A DNA stretch of 59,255 nt, counting the filler, from Sanchytrium tribonematis (Eukaryota), in assembly GCA_018985235.1 (NCBI GenBank). It is 6 parts of 6 records of this genome, joined end to end, with 100 filler letters (N's around TTAATTAATTAA, not from the genome) between each part and the next. Parts side by side here need not be neighbours in the genome. Positions count along the whole stretch, not along the records: positions 19,958 to 29,762 come from JADGIG010000319.1; positions 29,863 to 39,656 come from JADGIG010000320.1; 4 more parts are not named here. One strand, 5' to 3'. Under the pieces are notes generated by a model that was not told where the DNA came from, did no database searches, and saw only the letters and a list, made by a program, of their open reading frames with translations. Shown one piece after another: positions 21,960 through 33,197 of this stretch (its first letter is position 1; the number at the start of each line of letters is the position of its first letter). Both the position numbers and the translations under genes were made by a program.

Positions 21960-22751
21960 ATGAATTTAGATTTGTTTACACTTCAAAGGAACACACTTCA
22001 AGATCCAAGGACTGAACACACATCTAATGGTGTTCTTTGCATTAGAATCAATAGAATCACAATTCTCGAAAAATTGTCAGAAAAGGACCATGAAGGCTTG
22101 GGAGTGACAATCAAGTGCCAAGAAAAATTAAAACATTTTGCAATGCACGAGTTCTCGGATCTGGAGTGGAAAGAATCTTTGCTTCTAGGCATTTCCATCC
22201 CCACAAATACAAGGCATCCTTTCAACGAGCTTGTTTTTGAATTTCATTTGTTCGGAAAAACTAAAAAGATTTGGTCTACTATAACGTTTCACCTGCATGA
22301 TATTGTGAAAGCTAGTCCTGTGTCCACAAATTTGGATATATGGGGACCATTTGGACGAATTGGAATCCTTCAAGCAGAATTGACATTTAGTTATGGAGCT
22401 TTTGGCTATGGCAATTCGCCTTATAATTCAAAGTATGGGAAACCTAGCGCGATTTACAGTTTGTTTCCAGACTTTCAAATGCAAAGCTTAGATCAGTATG
22501 AATATCCGGACTATGTTCCGTCAATCCAGATAAGTGATGTACAACGAGAAGGAAAGCAGAGTTATATTCCTGATGACAGCGCAGATTTGAACGAAGATTT
22601 GAAAAGCTACTTTGGTGAAAGTAAAAGAATTTTAAGGCTATTAAACCTAAAAAAACAGCTTGAAAGTCCTGTAACTCAAAAGTCGTTTTTAAGAAAAAAC
22701 GAGCAGAAGGTTGAAAGTTTGAAGCTAGCGCATGTGAAAAGAAATAAATGA
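21960..22751 (+). CDS. C2-domain protein, C2CD6/ALS2CR11-like
   Basis: Beta-rich C2-like region, FHLHDIVK, ELTFSYGAFGYGNS motif (recalled from C2CD6). Confidence 0.5.
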   Translation: MNLDLFTLQRNTLQDPRTEHTSNGVLCIRINRITILEKLSEKDHEGLGVTIKCQEKLKHFAMHEFSDLEWKESLLLGISIPTNTRHPFNELVFEFHLFGKTKKIWSTITFHLHDIVKASPVSTNLDIWGPFGRIGILQAELTFSYGAFGYGNSPYNSKYGKPSAIYSLFPDFQMQSLDQYEYPDYVPSIQISDVQREGKQSYIPDDSADLNEDLKSYFGESKRILRLLNLKKQLESPVTQKSFLRKNEQKVESLKLAHVKRNK

Positions 22752-22792
22752 ACATTATACTATAATTTTAAATTTGACTGATCTGAAACAAT

Positions 22793-23680
22793 ATGTTTGT
22801 TATGCTAATATTCACCTACACATTTTCGGTATATTCTGATCTTGCGAGCCCACAATTATTTGATTTTAAATTCTTAAAAACAGATGCTCTACCTGAAAAT
22901 ACCATACCATATAAGACTGGTAGGAGGCAGTTCTACTGTTCGATTCCTCCTAGTCCAGCCAGTTCCAAGGTATTAACACCTAGAGAAGACTTAGATTACT
23001 CGGCCTTTCTTCAGGTCAGCAAGTGTCTTTACTTGAATTCAGGATGGTGGACATACGAGCTTTGTCCATCAACAAGTGAAGATTCGATTCGACAGCTTCA
23101 TTTAGACAACAACGTGGAAACTGACGGGTATACTCTAGGTAAATCAAATCAAAAATACGAATTGCAGGAACGCAATGGGCAATACGTAATTATTAAAAAT
23201 TTTAATAGAGGAACTTTGTGCGATGTAAACCAAAAACCACGAGAGGTAAAAGTTGAATATAGCTGTTTTTTGGATAACGAAAAAATTACTTTAACTAACC
23301 TGATGGAAGAATCAACTTGTTTATATCGCGCAACGGTTCACGTGCCCCAGTTATGTGGTGTAGAAGGCTTTCAGAAAAAAACCAACACAAACGACATTAC
23401 TTGTTATTATCTAGAAGACAAAAAACCCAAAGTTGCTGATAAAGCCAAAGCTCATGATATTAAGGAAGAAGATGATGGCGAGATGGAAGGTACTGAAAAT
23501 GTTGCTGAGGACGGTCAAATAGACTTAGGGCAACTTTCTAGTTTAGTCTCAAAGTTGATGGACCAAGCTGATTTTCAAATGGTTATGGTGGACAACGAAA
23601 ATTTGAATTTGAAGCAAGAGTTGCAGAAATTGCTAAACAAGAAGAAAAAGAAAGAGAAGAAGAAAAAAGAGGAATTGTAA
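22793..23680 (+). CDS. YOS9: OS-9/Yos9 ER lectin (MRH domain)
   Basis: Signal peptide, CLYLNSGWWTYELC, IRQLH, GTLCDVNQKPREVKVEYSC, EESTCLY, PQLC, C-terminal KEEL. Confidence 0.85.
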   Translation: MFVMLIFTYTFSVYSDLASPQLFDFKFLKTDALPENTIPYKTGRRQFYCSIPPSPASSKVLTPREDLDYSAFLQVSKCLYLNSGWWTYELCPSTSEDSIRQLHLDNNVETDGYTLGKSNQKYELQERNGQYVIIKNFNRGTLCDVNQKPREVKVEYSCFLDNEKITLTNLMEESTCLYRATVHVPQLCGVEGFQKKTNTNDITCYYLEDKKPKVADKAKAHDIKEEDDGEMEGTENVAEDGQIDLGQLSSLVSKLMDQADFQMVMVDNENLNLKQELQKLLNKKKKKEKKKKEEL

Positions 23681-23682
23681 AT

Positions 23683-25353
23683 TTAATAAACAAATTCTTT
23701 TTGAATGTTTGCTCTTTCCACCCACCAATCTTGTCTGCCTCGTATGTAATCAAAAAGTTTTAAAAGACCTCTGGATACCTCTCCAAGAGACCAGATACCA
23801 AGCCTTTTCAATTTCGTAGACCTTAGCCTTTCATCTTGGTATAGCTTAAATAGGGACAGCCCTGCAGCTTTCGAAATAGAATCTAGTAAATTAGAATTGT
23901 ATATGCTCCAAGCACCATTAAAATCAGCGGAAGTCATCGTAAAAGCCGAGACAAATGAAATATTAGTATGGTGATTATTGAGAAATGCGACTAAGGGTCG
24001 AGCAAAAGTTTTCCACCCAAAAATGTTACTCATATTATTTGGCATATCGGCTCGCAAGTCTTTAATCTTAAGAGACATTGTAAAGTTTAATCCAAACTTA
24101 GAAAACATGGGCTGGGATGGAATGTCATCTACCTCATTAGGAATCCCAAGTTTTTGAATCTGCTGTTTGGTCAATGATTTTAGATCTCCAACAAAAGTGT
24201 GTTCTGGATCATTAGGAATATCTATCACAGCACTCATATCGATTGTTCCCTCATTTATCCAACCTAATGGCCCGGTTGCTCCATAGTTGAACAGATCAAT
24301 GGGTAAATTATCAATTTTAATCTGCGATTTTTGAAATAACACGTCGCTACTCTCTATCTTGTTTAAACTAAATAGACAATTGTCGTACATCCCACTTATA
24401 GAATCACTTTTGAGCAAATCATACACGATCCAATTTTTCCTAAATTTTGCAGTGGATCCATGGAAAACATCAATTTTGATTGGCCTAAAATCTTTGTATA
24501 AAATATTTAAAGACAAATCACTAACTTTTAAGCCATCAATGACTATGTCTTCGCTATGAGGTTCAAATTTCATAGAATTTTCAACATTGTAATCGACATA
24601 TCTTTTATCTATTTCGCCCCGTATGCCCTTCAGTTCGGCAAATTTGATCAGACCTTTTCCAAATATAAAATTCCACAACGAAAGCTTCACTTTGACTTCT
24701 TTGAAATTCAAATTGTATAAAGTGTGGTTGACGTTGCTGTAATCAATTTCTGCAGGCTGATTCTCAAACGGAGGAACTTGACTTTTGTAGTAATAGTGTG
24801 ATTTTACATTTCCTTCGTCTGGCTTTGACTTGGATACTTGGATATCTTTGAAAATAATAAAACCTTCCCTGAGATTAGGAATAATTGCAGATTCGAAAAT
24901 CACCGTTGCATTCAATATTTTAGTGATATATTTGCCAACGAGGAAAGCAATGAGTTCTTGAAATTGCAGAGAGTTCAAGACAATTAGTAATAGAGATATA
25001 AATGAGGTAGTTCCGACTAACAAGAAAAAAGAATGTGATAAAAACAGCCAACTAAACATGGCCAAAAAATCATCTGTTGACCACCTTCGTTTTTTCTTTA
25101 AAAAAAATATAAATCGATTCCTATAAGAATTTTGCTTTTGATAATTTTGATGGCTGTGAAAGCTCCTTTTTTGAATCATATTTAATGGTTCTACTTTGAT
25201 CAAAGAATTGAGTGGTTTTGCTCTAAAGCAAGTATGAAAATTTAGCGATGCAATTGGCAGTGTCTTCTGCAGAATATGATTTGTGTACCAAAAATTAGAA
25301 TAAGTTGCTGCGGATTTGATCATCCGATTCCTTATTATATGCCTCAAAAGCAT
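23683..25353 (-). CDS. MDM31: Mitochondrial distribution and morphology protein Mdm31/32
   Basis: RRWSTDDFLAMFSW, GTTSFISL, NSLQFQE, VIFESAIIP, SGMYDNCLF, LKRLGIWSL. Confidence 0.9.
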   Translation of the reverse strand: MLLRHIIRNRMIKSAATYSNFWYTNHILQKTLPIASLNFHTCFRAKPLNSLIKVEPLNMIQKRSFHSHQNYQKQNSYRNRFIFFLKKKRRWSTDDFLAMFSWLFLSHSFFLLVGTTSFISLLLIVLNSLQFQELIAFLVGKYITKILNATVIFESAIIPNLREGFIIFKDIQVSKSKPDEGNVKSHYYYKSQVPPFENQPAEIDYSNVNHTLYNLNFKEVKVKLSLWNFIFGKGLIKFAELKGIRGEIDKRYVDYNVENSMKFEPHSEDIVIDGLKVSDLSLNILYKDFRPIKIDVFHGSTAKFRKNWIVYDLLKSDSISGMYDNCLFSLNKIESSDVLFQKSQIKIDNLPIDLFNYGATGPLGWINEGTIDMSAVIDIPNDPEHTFVGDLKSLTKQQIQKLGIPNEVDDIPSQPMFSKFGLNFTMSLKIKDLRADMPNNMSNIFGWKTFARPLVAFLNNHHTNISFVSAFTMTSADFNGAWSIYNSNLLDSISKAAGLSLFKLYQDERLRSTKLKRLGIWSLGEVSRGLLKLFDYIRGRQDWWVERANIQKEFVY

Positions 25354-25535
25354 GTGGTAAATGATTAATGTGTCAAGGGAGAAATTTGCAGCGATTTTTA
25401 GTGTTTTAATCTGGATTGAAGACTGGTGATTACTAAGTAGATATAAAAATTTATGAGTAGATTCACCGATGACTTTTTCTATTCAATGCAAATAAACCAA
25501 AATATTTTCCAACCACTCCTTTCGGAATTTTGAAC

Positions 25536-27696
25536 ATGCAAAATTGTTTGATTGGTATTGAACCCGACCATTTAATATTCGAGCAACAATTACTTAGATA
25601 CCCGCTAGATGTGAAGACTTGGTTCAGATACATAGAATATCAAGCAGAATTGCGACCTAAATTATTTTTATATTTGAGAGCGTTGTCAAAATGTCCTTTT
25701 TACTACAAATTATGGTTCAAATATTTACAATTCAAACTGGAAATATTGCCAGAGACTCCACTTTACCAAGACTTGAATTCAATTGTCATAGATTTCGAGC
25801 TCTGTCTAATATTTATGGATAGCAAACCTGTTATTTATAAGCTCTATCTTGAATTCTTAATATCTAAATTGCCGTACAGAAAATTACTTATTATGGAAAC
25901 ATTTGATAAGATGCTAAAATTGTTGCCATATCCTTTGCATAAACAATTTTGGGATATTATTTTAAAATTTGCTGAAAATATTGATAATCATTTGGCAGCG
26001 ACTTTATATAAGCGTTATTTTCTAACCCTTAACACCATTGAAGAAAAGCAGAAATATTTGAAATTACTGCTTGAATTGGATGTTAGAGAAGGCGCTCAAA
26101 TTTTTTTTACTTTCATGAAGCAACACCCTGGTTCTCTACATTTTATAGAAAAAATCGTCTGCGAGTATGCCTCCGAATTAGGGGATTTTGTAGATGTTTT
26201 CGCTATTTTATCTGGCATCATCAAATCTCATTTAAATTACAAAGTTGTTAATGCTTTAGCTAGATTTCAAATTCTAGAAGGTGACATTGAGGGTGCAATA
26301 AGTACTTTCGAACGCTCTTTGAATGATGTTGAGTCGATCTATGACGGAATATTTATATATGAGCAGTACTTGCTTGTTTTGGAACAATATGTCGAGATTT
26401 TGTGCGAAGAAGAATCTGATTTATCGGGCTTATGGATGGAGAAGTATAAATTTGTTCTGGAAAGACACCAGATAATCATACAGAGCATCTTGACAAGACA
26501 ATTTCCAAATAGTATCGAAATATGGAGAAACTACATCAATCTTCAAAAGATGCTTAAGAAACCACTAAAACAAGCATACCAGATGGCATTACATCAAATT
26601 GATCCCAAGCGCGCTACGCCACCTAATCAGTTGCAAGTTTTCTGGAAAGAGTATGCTGATTCTTGTGGCGCTGAAGTTTATAATGAGGCAACTCAATTCA
26701 AATTTCAGACCATGGGAGAACTAGAAGAAATGTACATCATTAAGGCTAAACATTTTCATGATGAACCTTTAAAGGCAAGAGAAATTTATGAGGAAGGCAC
26801 CAAAAATTGTAAAGGATTTAAAATTTGGTATTCCTATCTAGATTACGAAGAAAAGTTAGGATCTGATAAAGTCATACAGACTTACGAGGCCTGTATCAAA
26901 TCAAAACAGGCCACTCCTCAAATTTTTATGAACTACATTGTGTACCTACACCACAACGAAATGTATGAGGCCATGTTTTCCATCTTTGAGAGAGCCGTGC
27001 AAGCATTTAGAAAATTACAGTTTTCTTTCTTTGAATCTTATTTGCCAATTCTTGTTCAATTGCATAAGGGTAGCAAAATTGAGAGAATTCGCCACACGTT
27101 TGAGAATTGCCTCAAATTGTTACAAGATCAGGATTGTTCAAAGTTTCTTAATTGGTATGCGCTTTATGAAATTGAATTTGGAATGATACAAAAAGCCATC
27201 CACATTTACGAAAAAGGGACGAAATTTTCCGGGATCAAAGACAAGCTTTCTATTTATAATGAATACATTAAAAATACGATTGAGTATTGCTCCGTTAATG
27301 AAATTAGAACTGCGTATACCTCCGCCATTGAAAGTTTACCAGACGATGATGCCAGGAAAATTTGTTTTGAGTTTATTAAATTTGAATTAAACCTTGGAGA
27401 AATTGACAGGGTTCGAGAATTATACAGTTATGGCAGCCAGTTGGCCAACCCTAGCGTAAATTATTTTCATTTAGCTTCATGTAGACTTTTGGGAAAATTA
27501 TCAATCGTTCGAAGTGAAATTTGGTAATGAGCTCACTTTTAAAGAGTTTTTAAGACAAAAGAAAGCAGCATTCGAACTTTACGATACGGAAGAGCAATAT
27601 TTGAAGACAGAGCTACTTAAACCTCATAGTCAATCAAATATCAATCTAAATCCTCTCCAAAAACTCGAAAATACTGTTTTATTTCATAAAGCATAA
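25536..27696 (+). CDS. SYF1: Pre-mRNA splicing factor Syf1/XAB2 (HAT repeats); intron 27456-27474
   Basis: FEQQLLRYP..VKTWFRYIE, ATPQIFMNY, KIERIRHTFE, LGEIDRVRELYSYGSQ. Splicing gives DFWENYQSFEVKFGNE. Confidence 0.9.
27456..27474 (+). other. 19-nt spliceosomal intron (GTAAATTATTTTCATTTAG)
   Basis: Restores the conserved Syf1 FW..FEV..GNE motif. Confidence 0.9.
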
Positions 27697-27697
27697 A

Positions 27698-28751
27698 TTA
27701 TTTTTTGGCACTTATTAACCACCAATAAACACATTCATCGTCCTCAAACGGCACTTCCAAAGTCATTCTTATTGGTCTGCATATTCCCTCAACATAAACG
27801 ATTTGTCCTTCCAAAGCAGTCAAATTTCTTTTCAAGGTGCTAACGTCAAACATTTTTAATGTTTTCAGAAAGACCCTGAATTTTTCGATACGAATTAAGG
27901 ACATGTAATTTTTAAATATTATTCTTATCCAAATCATAACCATGATGCCCTATATTAATACGGATTACGAGCAGCGGCCAGTACCAAAAAAAAGACAGTC
28001 TGTTACCAAGAAGGAGAGGTAAAACAGCGAGAACTACAACTAATATAACAAGAATCATAAACATTATCTCCTGGGCCCATCCAGGGTTCTCATGAAATGG
28101 GGCCAATTTTCTAACTAAGCTGGATTGAGCTGAGAATGGTAATTTAAAATTTTTAGTGGCATTAGCTACACCCAGGTCGACGTCAGCTTCCTCATCTCTT
28201 CCTTCATAGCCTGGAGGCATGTGCAAAGTTTCTATTAATGTATAATTAGGTAAAGTGTCGCTTCCGGAACCGTAAAGTCGTTGTCTACAATCTTGCGCTG
28301 TCTCCCGGACCACTAAAAGTAATCCTTGCAACATGTCCAAATTAAATCCAGGAAGAAGGCTCCGCTTTCTTGGAATGGCTCCAATTTGGTATTCTCCTTT
28401 ACTATTTTTTTCAACTTTGCCAATAACGGCAACACGCTGATTTGGTATAATTTTCAACTGGCCAAACCTATCACATCCTTTGGCGAAGGGTATAGATATG
28501 TTTTTCCAGGTAATAGAGTATTTGAGGCAACTTTCTGCTGGTTTTACATGGGTTACAGTTGAGTTATTGCAAATGGAAGAATTTGGTGCAACCTTTATCG
28601 AATCTCTTTCATTCGATAATTCAAAATCTACTGCACAAGAAAAGGTTGAATCTATCACGTTCCTTTTCATTTGCATCACAAAATTTGAGGGGTTTCTCCA
28701 TCTCCATCCAAGTCGTAAACGAATAGGTCTTTGTAAATCTTCACCAATCAC
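27698..28751 (-). CDS. Hypothetical membrane protein; intron 27950-27968; start uncertain
   Basis: Two ORFs join in frame to give YWPLLGIMVMIWIRII (TM). Confidence 0.5.
27950..27968 (-). other. 19-nt spliceosomal intron (GTAATCCGTATTAATATAG)
   Basis: GT-AG, in-frame join, A at -6. Confidence 0.8.
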
Positions 28752-28795
28752 AGGATCTGACTTAGTTTTAAAATTCGAAGTAACATCAATTGTTT

Positions 28796-29726
28796 ATGAA
28801 CCTCTTCATTTCCGTGCCATATCTAGTAGTTCAGATGGTTAGCACGTTGTGGTTATATAAATGTAGGAATTACCCTACAGCTAAATTGAGATTATTTAAA
28901 TTGACAATTTTGGCAAATTTTGTGACAACATTAAGTGGCACGATATTATTGATGTACTTTGATGATCCGAATGAAATCAGACCTGAACTAAGTTTAGTTT
29001 TCGAGGTGGTGGCTCTGAATTTTGTTTCATTATTATTATTTTTCAAAAATTTACTATATTTTTGTGCCTTCAGAAATAAGTCGATCAAGTGCCTTTTCAA
29101 AAAGCACAAGAATATTTATAAGCTATTCAGTAGCTTTCAAGCCGCTATTGCTTCCCTGGGGGCCTTGATAATGGCTCTGTGCTCACCATTGTGGATGCTT
29201 TTACCCCTTTACAATATACCTTGGCATTTACTCACAATCTCAGAGCTAATTCTGGTAGTTTTCGTTTGGAAACATTTGAGAAAATACAATCTGCTATCGG
29301 AAACTCTTGCAATAATTTGTTGCAAATTTTCATATTACATATTGGCTCTATTTTATCCTTATTTTGCAGCGTTGGTCTTTAGTGTAATACTTCCCTCTTT
29401 GATATCATATTATCCTTTAATCTTGATATTCAGAGAGAGAGACTCTCTCTCATTATTTAGAGGAAAGAGACAATATTTTGAGTCTGTTGTTTTACAAAAC
29501 GGTGAATTGTTCGATCGAGTTGTTATATTAGCAGATGAAAGGTTTTGTTTGGAGTTAACTTCTTTCATTACAAATTACAACAATGATGTTGGTATTGATA
29601 AAATGTTCTACACCTATATTCAAAAAAATTCTCCCGACGAATTAAATCTTGAAGACGAAATGCAAAACAGATGCATTGCTCTACATCAAAAACAGCAACT
29701 AACAAACGCTCATTTGTCAGAGGTTT
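28796..29726 (+). CDS. Multi-TM protein with C-terminal RGS-like domain (3' truncated)
   Basis: About 6-7 hydrophobic helices, then ERFCLELTSF...YIQKNSPDELNL (RGS-like SP.ELN motif). Confidence 0.6.
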
Positions 29727-29762
29727 ATAATGAAACAAAATTCAGAGCCACCACCTCGAAAA
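28998..29762. repeat. Perfect 36-nt inverted duplication (28998-29033 vs 29727-29762)
   Basis: TTTTCGAGGTGGTGGCTCTGAATTTTGTTTCATTAT is the reverse complement of the last 36 nt of the contig. Confidence 0.9.
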
Positions 29763-29862
29763 NNNNNNNNNNNNNNNNNNNNNNNNNNNNNNNNNNNNNN
29801 NNNNNNTTAATTAATTAANNNNNNNNNNNNNNNNNNNNNNNNNNNNNNNNNNNNNNNNNNNN
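29763..29862. other. Artificial contig linker
   Basis: N44-TTAATTAATTAA-N44. Confidence 0.97.
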
Positions 29863-30017
29863 ATGCTGCCATATAATAATAATGACCAATAAACATGAAA
29901 TAAAACGATATCCTCTAAATAATATAAATAAATGGGCTCTGTAGTCAGTGGATTAAACATTGATGGAAATGGTGGAGAACTGTAGCCTAATGGAGGCTGA
30001 TAAGAGACACTAGACAT
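29863..30017 (-). CDS. TMEM170-family membrane protein, N-terminal part (3' partial)
   Basis: PPFPS...YLYY..DI..F..YWSLLL resembles fungal TMEM170 N-termini. Confidence 0.5.
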
Positions 30018-30067
30018 AAATGATAAATCTCCAAGCTTCAAAAATCATTTCATAAATTTATTAATTC

Positions 30068-31815
30068 TTAATACCCCATACAAGTAGTCATATTAACAAA
30101 AGAGTAGCCCAAACCTCCAAAAAATGTTTTCAATGAAGCAAGATTTCCACCGCAATATGTATAATCACTGCTACATTGAATAGAATGTCCAAAAATAGTA
30201 TCCTGAACTTGTCCTTGAATGTTTGCAAGGACTGCCGCAGTAGATGTAAGTCTCCAGTCACCACTATCTATATCAAAATACACAGCAGTATATCCATTTG
30301 TGTTCCAACCAGTAATGCTGTTGCTATCGTATCCGTCAAACGCAGGTCGAATCCATTTCACAGATTTTAGCAAATTGTTTGAGGAGCTAATCAAATTGTT
30401 GATTTGAGTGTTCAAATTTGAATTGAAAGTATTTACAGTGTATCCATTGCTGGTCTTCCAACTATCTTTTAATCCAATTTCATGTCCCGCACTAATAATT
30501 GATCGATAAGTTCTGGATCATTCGTAACTGCTGCACTACTTACAAAAAATGTTGCCTTGATGCCATTATTAGACAATTGAGTCAACAATGTTGGATCATT
30601 AGCGGTGTTGGGTCCATCTTCAATAGTCAAGGCAATGTGTTTTGGATTTAAACAAGTCGAGTATAAATCTGGTTGAGGGTTTTGAGACTGATATTTACCA
30701 CTTCCACTTTTACAGTTGACAGAACCACCATTCACAAGCTGATTGCCAGGCAAAGTGTTGCTGGTAGCATCTCTTTTGGTCAAAAAAGAGTCTTTTTGCA
30801 AACAATGTAAATTTGAGTAGCAATGAGTATTTGTTGTTCCACAATATCCATGAACAGAGCAGCAACCTTGAGTACATGGCTTGTAAAATGTTCCACTCGT
30901 ATTAGTGGTCAGACAAGTCGTTGTTGCGGTACCTGGCAAAATAGTAATATTTTTGTACGAGCCCATGGCAATATCCATCCATTGGTAACCTCTGTAGTCT
31001 AAAAATCTATTCAATCTTCCAGACATGCGATGCAATAAATCACTTCCTGTCATCATGATTCCATTTAATCCTAAAGAAGCCTGAGTGATATTGTGATAAT
31101 AATATTCCAAATCTGTCATATCACTAACAATTAAATTGGGTGTCATGACATTCAAATTTAATGCACTCGCAGTTAGCCTCATAGATTCATTATTGTAATT
31201 AGCCATGATATACGTAGGATACTGGTGCGTCAAATTAAAAATGGTTGATCTATCTTGGTTAATAATACTAGCGATCTGATCTGCTGACTTGAAGTCAAAC
31301 TCGTTGTAGTATTGAAGACCAATACTGTAATTATAATAGTGAATTAAATACAAAAGTGGATTAATTTGGTTTAAAGAATTGGCATAAACAGATGGACTAA
31401 TTAAAAAAGAGCAATTCAAATTGTATTGATTACACTTGTAAATCATGTTTGGATTACTATTAAATTGAACAGCCAAATGGATTTCATGCGATTTAGAGGT
31501 TAATAAAGGGTAATTTTGATTAACCTTGTCTTGGTTGCAATATGCATCACCACTTCCACAAAACCCATTGGAACTGCAACATTGTGAGTTTGGGCAGTCG
31601 TTATTGCCATTAATTGGATTACAAATACCATGTACATTACCACATAATCCAAATGCAATTTGACATCCGGAGCCACAAAAATTGATTGAAAGACCGCAAT
31701 AATTTCCAGATGAGCAACAAAGTTCTGGTCCGCAAGGATTGTTATTGGCTGCAGCGCCACATCTCTGGGCAAATCCCATCATGAAAAAAATTGAGATGAT
31801 TGAGAATTTCATCAT
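30068..31815 (-). CDS. Secreted CBM18 (hevein) x3 + degenerate polysaccharide-deacetylase (NodB) domains; 1-nt frameshift at about 30499
   Basis: Signal peptide; three CCSxxxYCG/FCG hevein motifs; IALTIEDGP, KATFFV, and after the frameshift IISAGHEIG, WIRPAF, DSGDW. Confidence 0.75.
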
Positions 31816-32122
31816 GTTTCAAAAAACCGTTTCCTAAAACTCAACCCCGTTAATCAAACATCGCGCAAGAATCTTAATTTAGGGATTTGTGAATAGAAAT
31901 GATACATGCCAGCTTCAAATAGTAAAGAATTGTTTATTTGATGTATCTTTTAAAAAAAGGTTTTCGCTTTTGATCTTTGTAGATATTGTAACTTTTGAAG
32001 TCTCAACATAACGCAGAATGCACTTGTAAGTGATAATTAAAGACATATTTTTCCGCTCAAGTCTGTAATTCTTGTGTACTGATTTTGTGAAACCTCTTGT
32101 CAGACATTTCAATTTCTCCCCT

Positions 32123-33196
32123 ATGTTTCTGACAATTGTGGCTAATGCCATTCCTTCACCACAAAATGGGATCCCATCGACTGCTCCCATGCTAAAAGAT
32201 CTACTGGGTTCTGCAGTAGATGTGGTTGCCAATTATCTGCAGGATATAGATTTAGAGCAACCATTCTCAGTTAGAAAATATGCCAATTGGGGACTTTTAC
32301 GGATAAGTTCGAAGGAAAAAGTGATTCAAAATAGCAATTATATATACCCAACTAAAGGAGGCGATGATTCCCATATCTACGTGATCGATAATTGGGTCCC
32401 ATTAGATCAGACTTTAAAAAATAATCATAGCGCTTTGCATTTTGAAGATTATACCGGTAAAGGCTTTGACAATGTGAACCAACGTGGAATAGAAGTTGCG
32501 ACTATCATCGGAAATGAATTTTATGGAATAGCACCAAAAGCACATTTGCATTTGAAGAAAGTTGGATATGAAAATATATCCGGTGCTTGTTTACTCTTGA
32601 ATGTAGTCAGTGCATTTACAGATATTATAGGAAACGTGACTACATATAATCAAAAGGCTGTGATCAATTTAGGAATGAAGTTTAACACTTTTAATAATCA
32701 TGAATTAATTGTTATGGAAATGTTAATTAAAAGGGCAAGACTTAATAACATTTTAATCGTTAAAAGCGCTGGTAACGTGAACGAAGATGCTTGTAATGTG
32801 GCTGTTAGTAATATGACTGAGGTGATCACGGTTGGTGCAATTTCTTCCACCAATACTTTACTATACAAAAATCAAACATTTGGATCAAATTTTGGCAAAT
32901 GTGTTGATATTCTTGGTCCTGGAAGTCAACTATTTCAGAACTCAAAAGAATTGGGAATAGGGACAGCTTATGCAGCGGCCCATGTCACTGGTGTTGTCAG
33001 TTTATATCTTTCATTAGGTGTTCCCTTGAATGATATAAAACAAGCGTTGATTGAAAGCGGAACCAAAAATATCGCGTACATTCACAGCGGAACTCCAAAT
33101 AACATTGTTTTTAATCTGCCAACATCCCATTATTCATTCAGAAAGTACGACAGATCTTTAAATGTTTTTTTGAGATATATGGGCATAGCTAATTAA
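32123..33196 (+). CDS. Subtilisin (S8, proteinase K-like) homolog lacking catalytic His and Ser
   Basis: NWGLLRIS, IYVID, YGIAPKA, SAGN..DAC, VITVGA, SNFGKCVDILGPG. HGT is replaced by RGI and GTSMA by GTAYA. Confidence 0.8.
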   Translation: MFLTIVANAIPSPQNGIPSTAPMLKDLLGSAVDVVANYLQDIDLEQPFSVRKYANWGLLRISSKEKVIQNSNYIYPTKGGDDSHIYVIDNWVPLDQTLKNNHSALHFEDYTGKGFDNVNQRGIEVATIIGNEFYGIAPKAHLHLKKVGYENISGACLLLNVVSAFTDIIGNVTTYNQKAVINLGMKFNTFNNHELIVMEMLIKRARLNNILIVKSAGNVNEDACNVAVSNMTEVITVGAISSTNTLLYKNQTFGSNFGKCVDILGPGSQLFQNSKELGIGTAYAAAHVTGVVSLYLSLGVPLNDIKQALIESGTKNIAYIHSGTPNNIVFNLPTSHYSFRKYDRSLNVFLRYMGIAN

Positions 33197-33197
33197 T

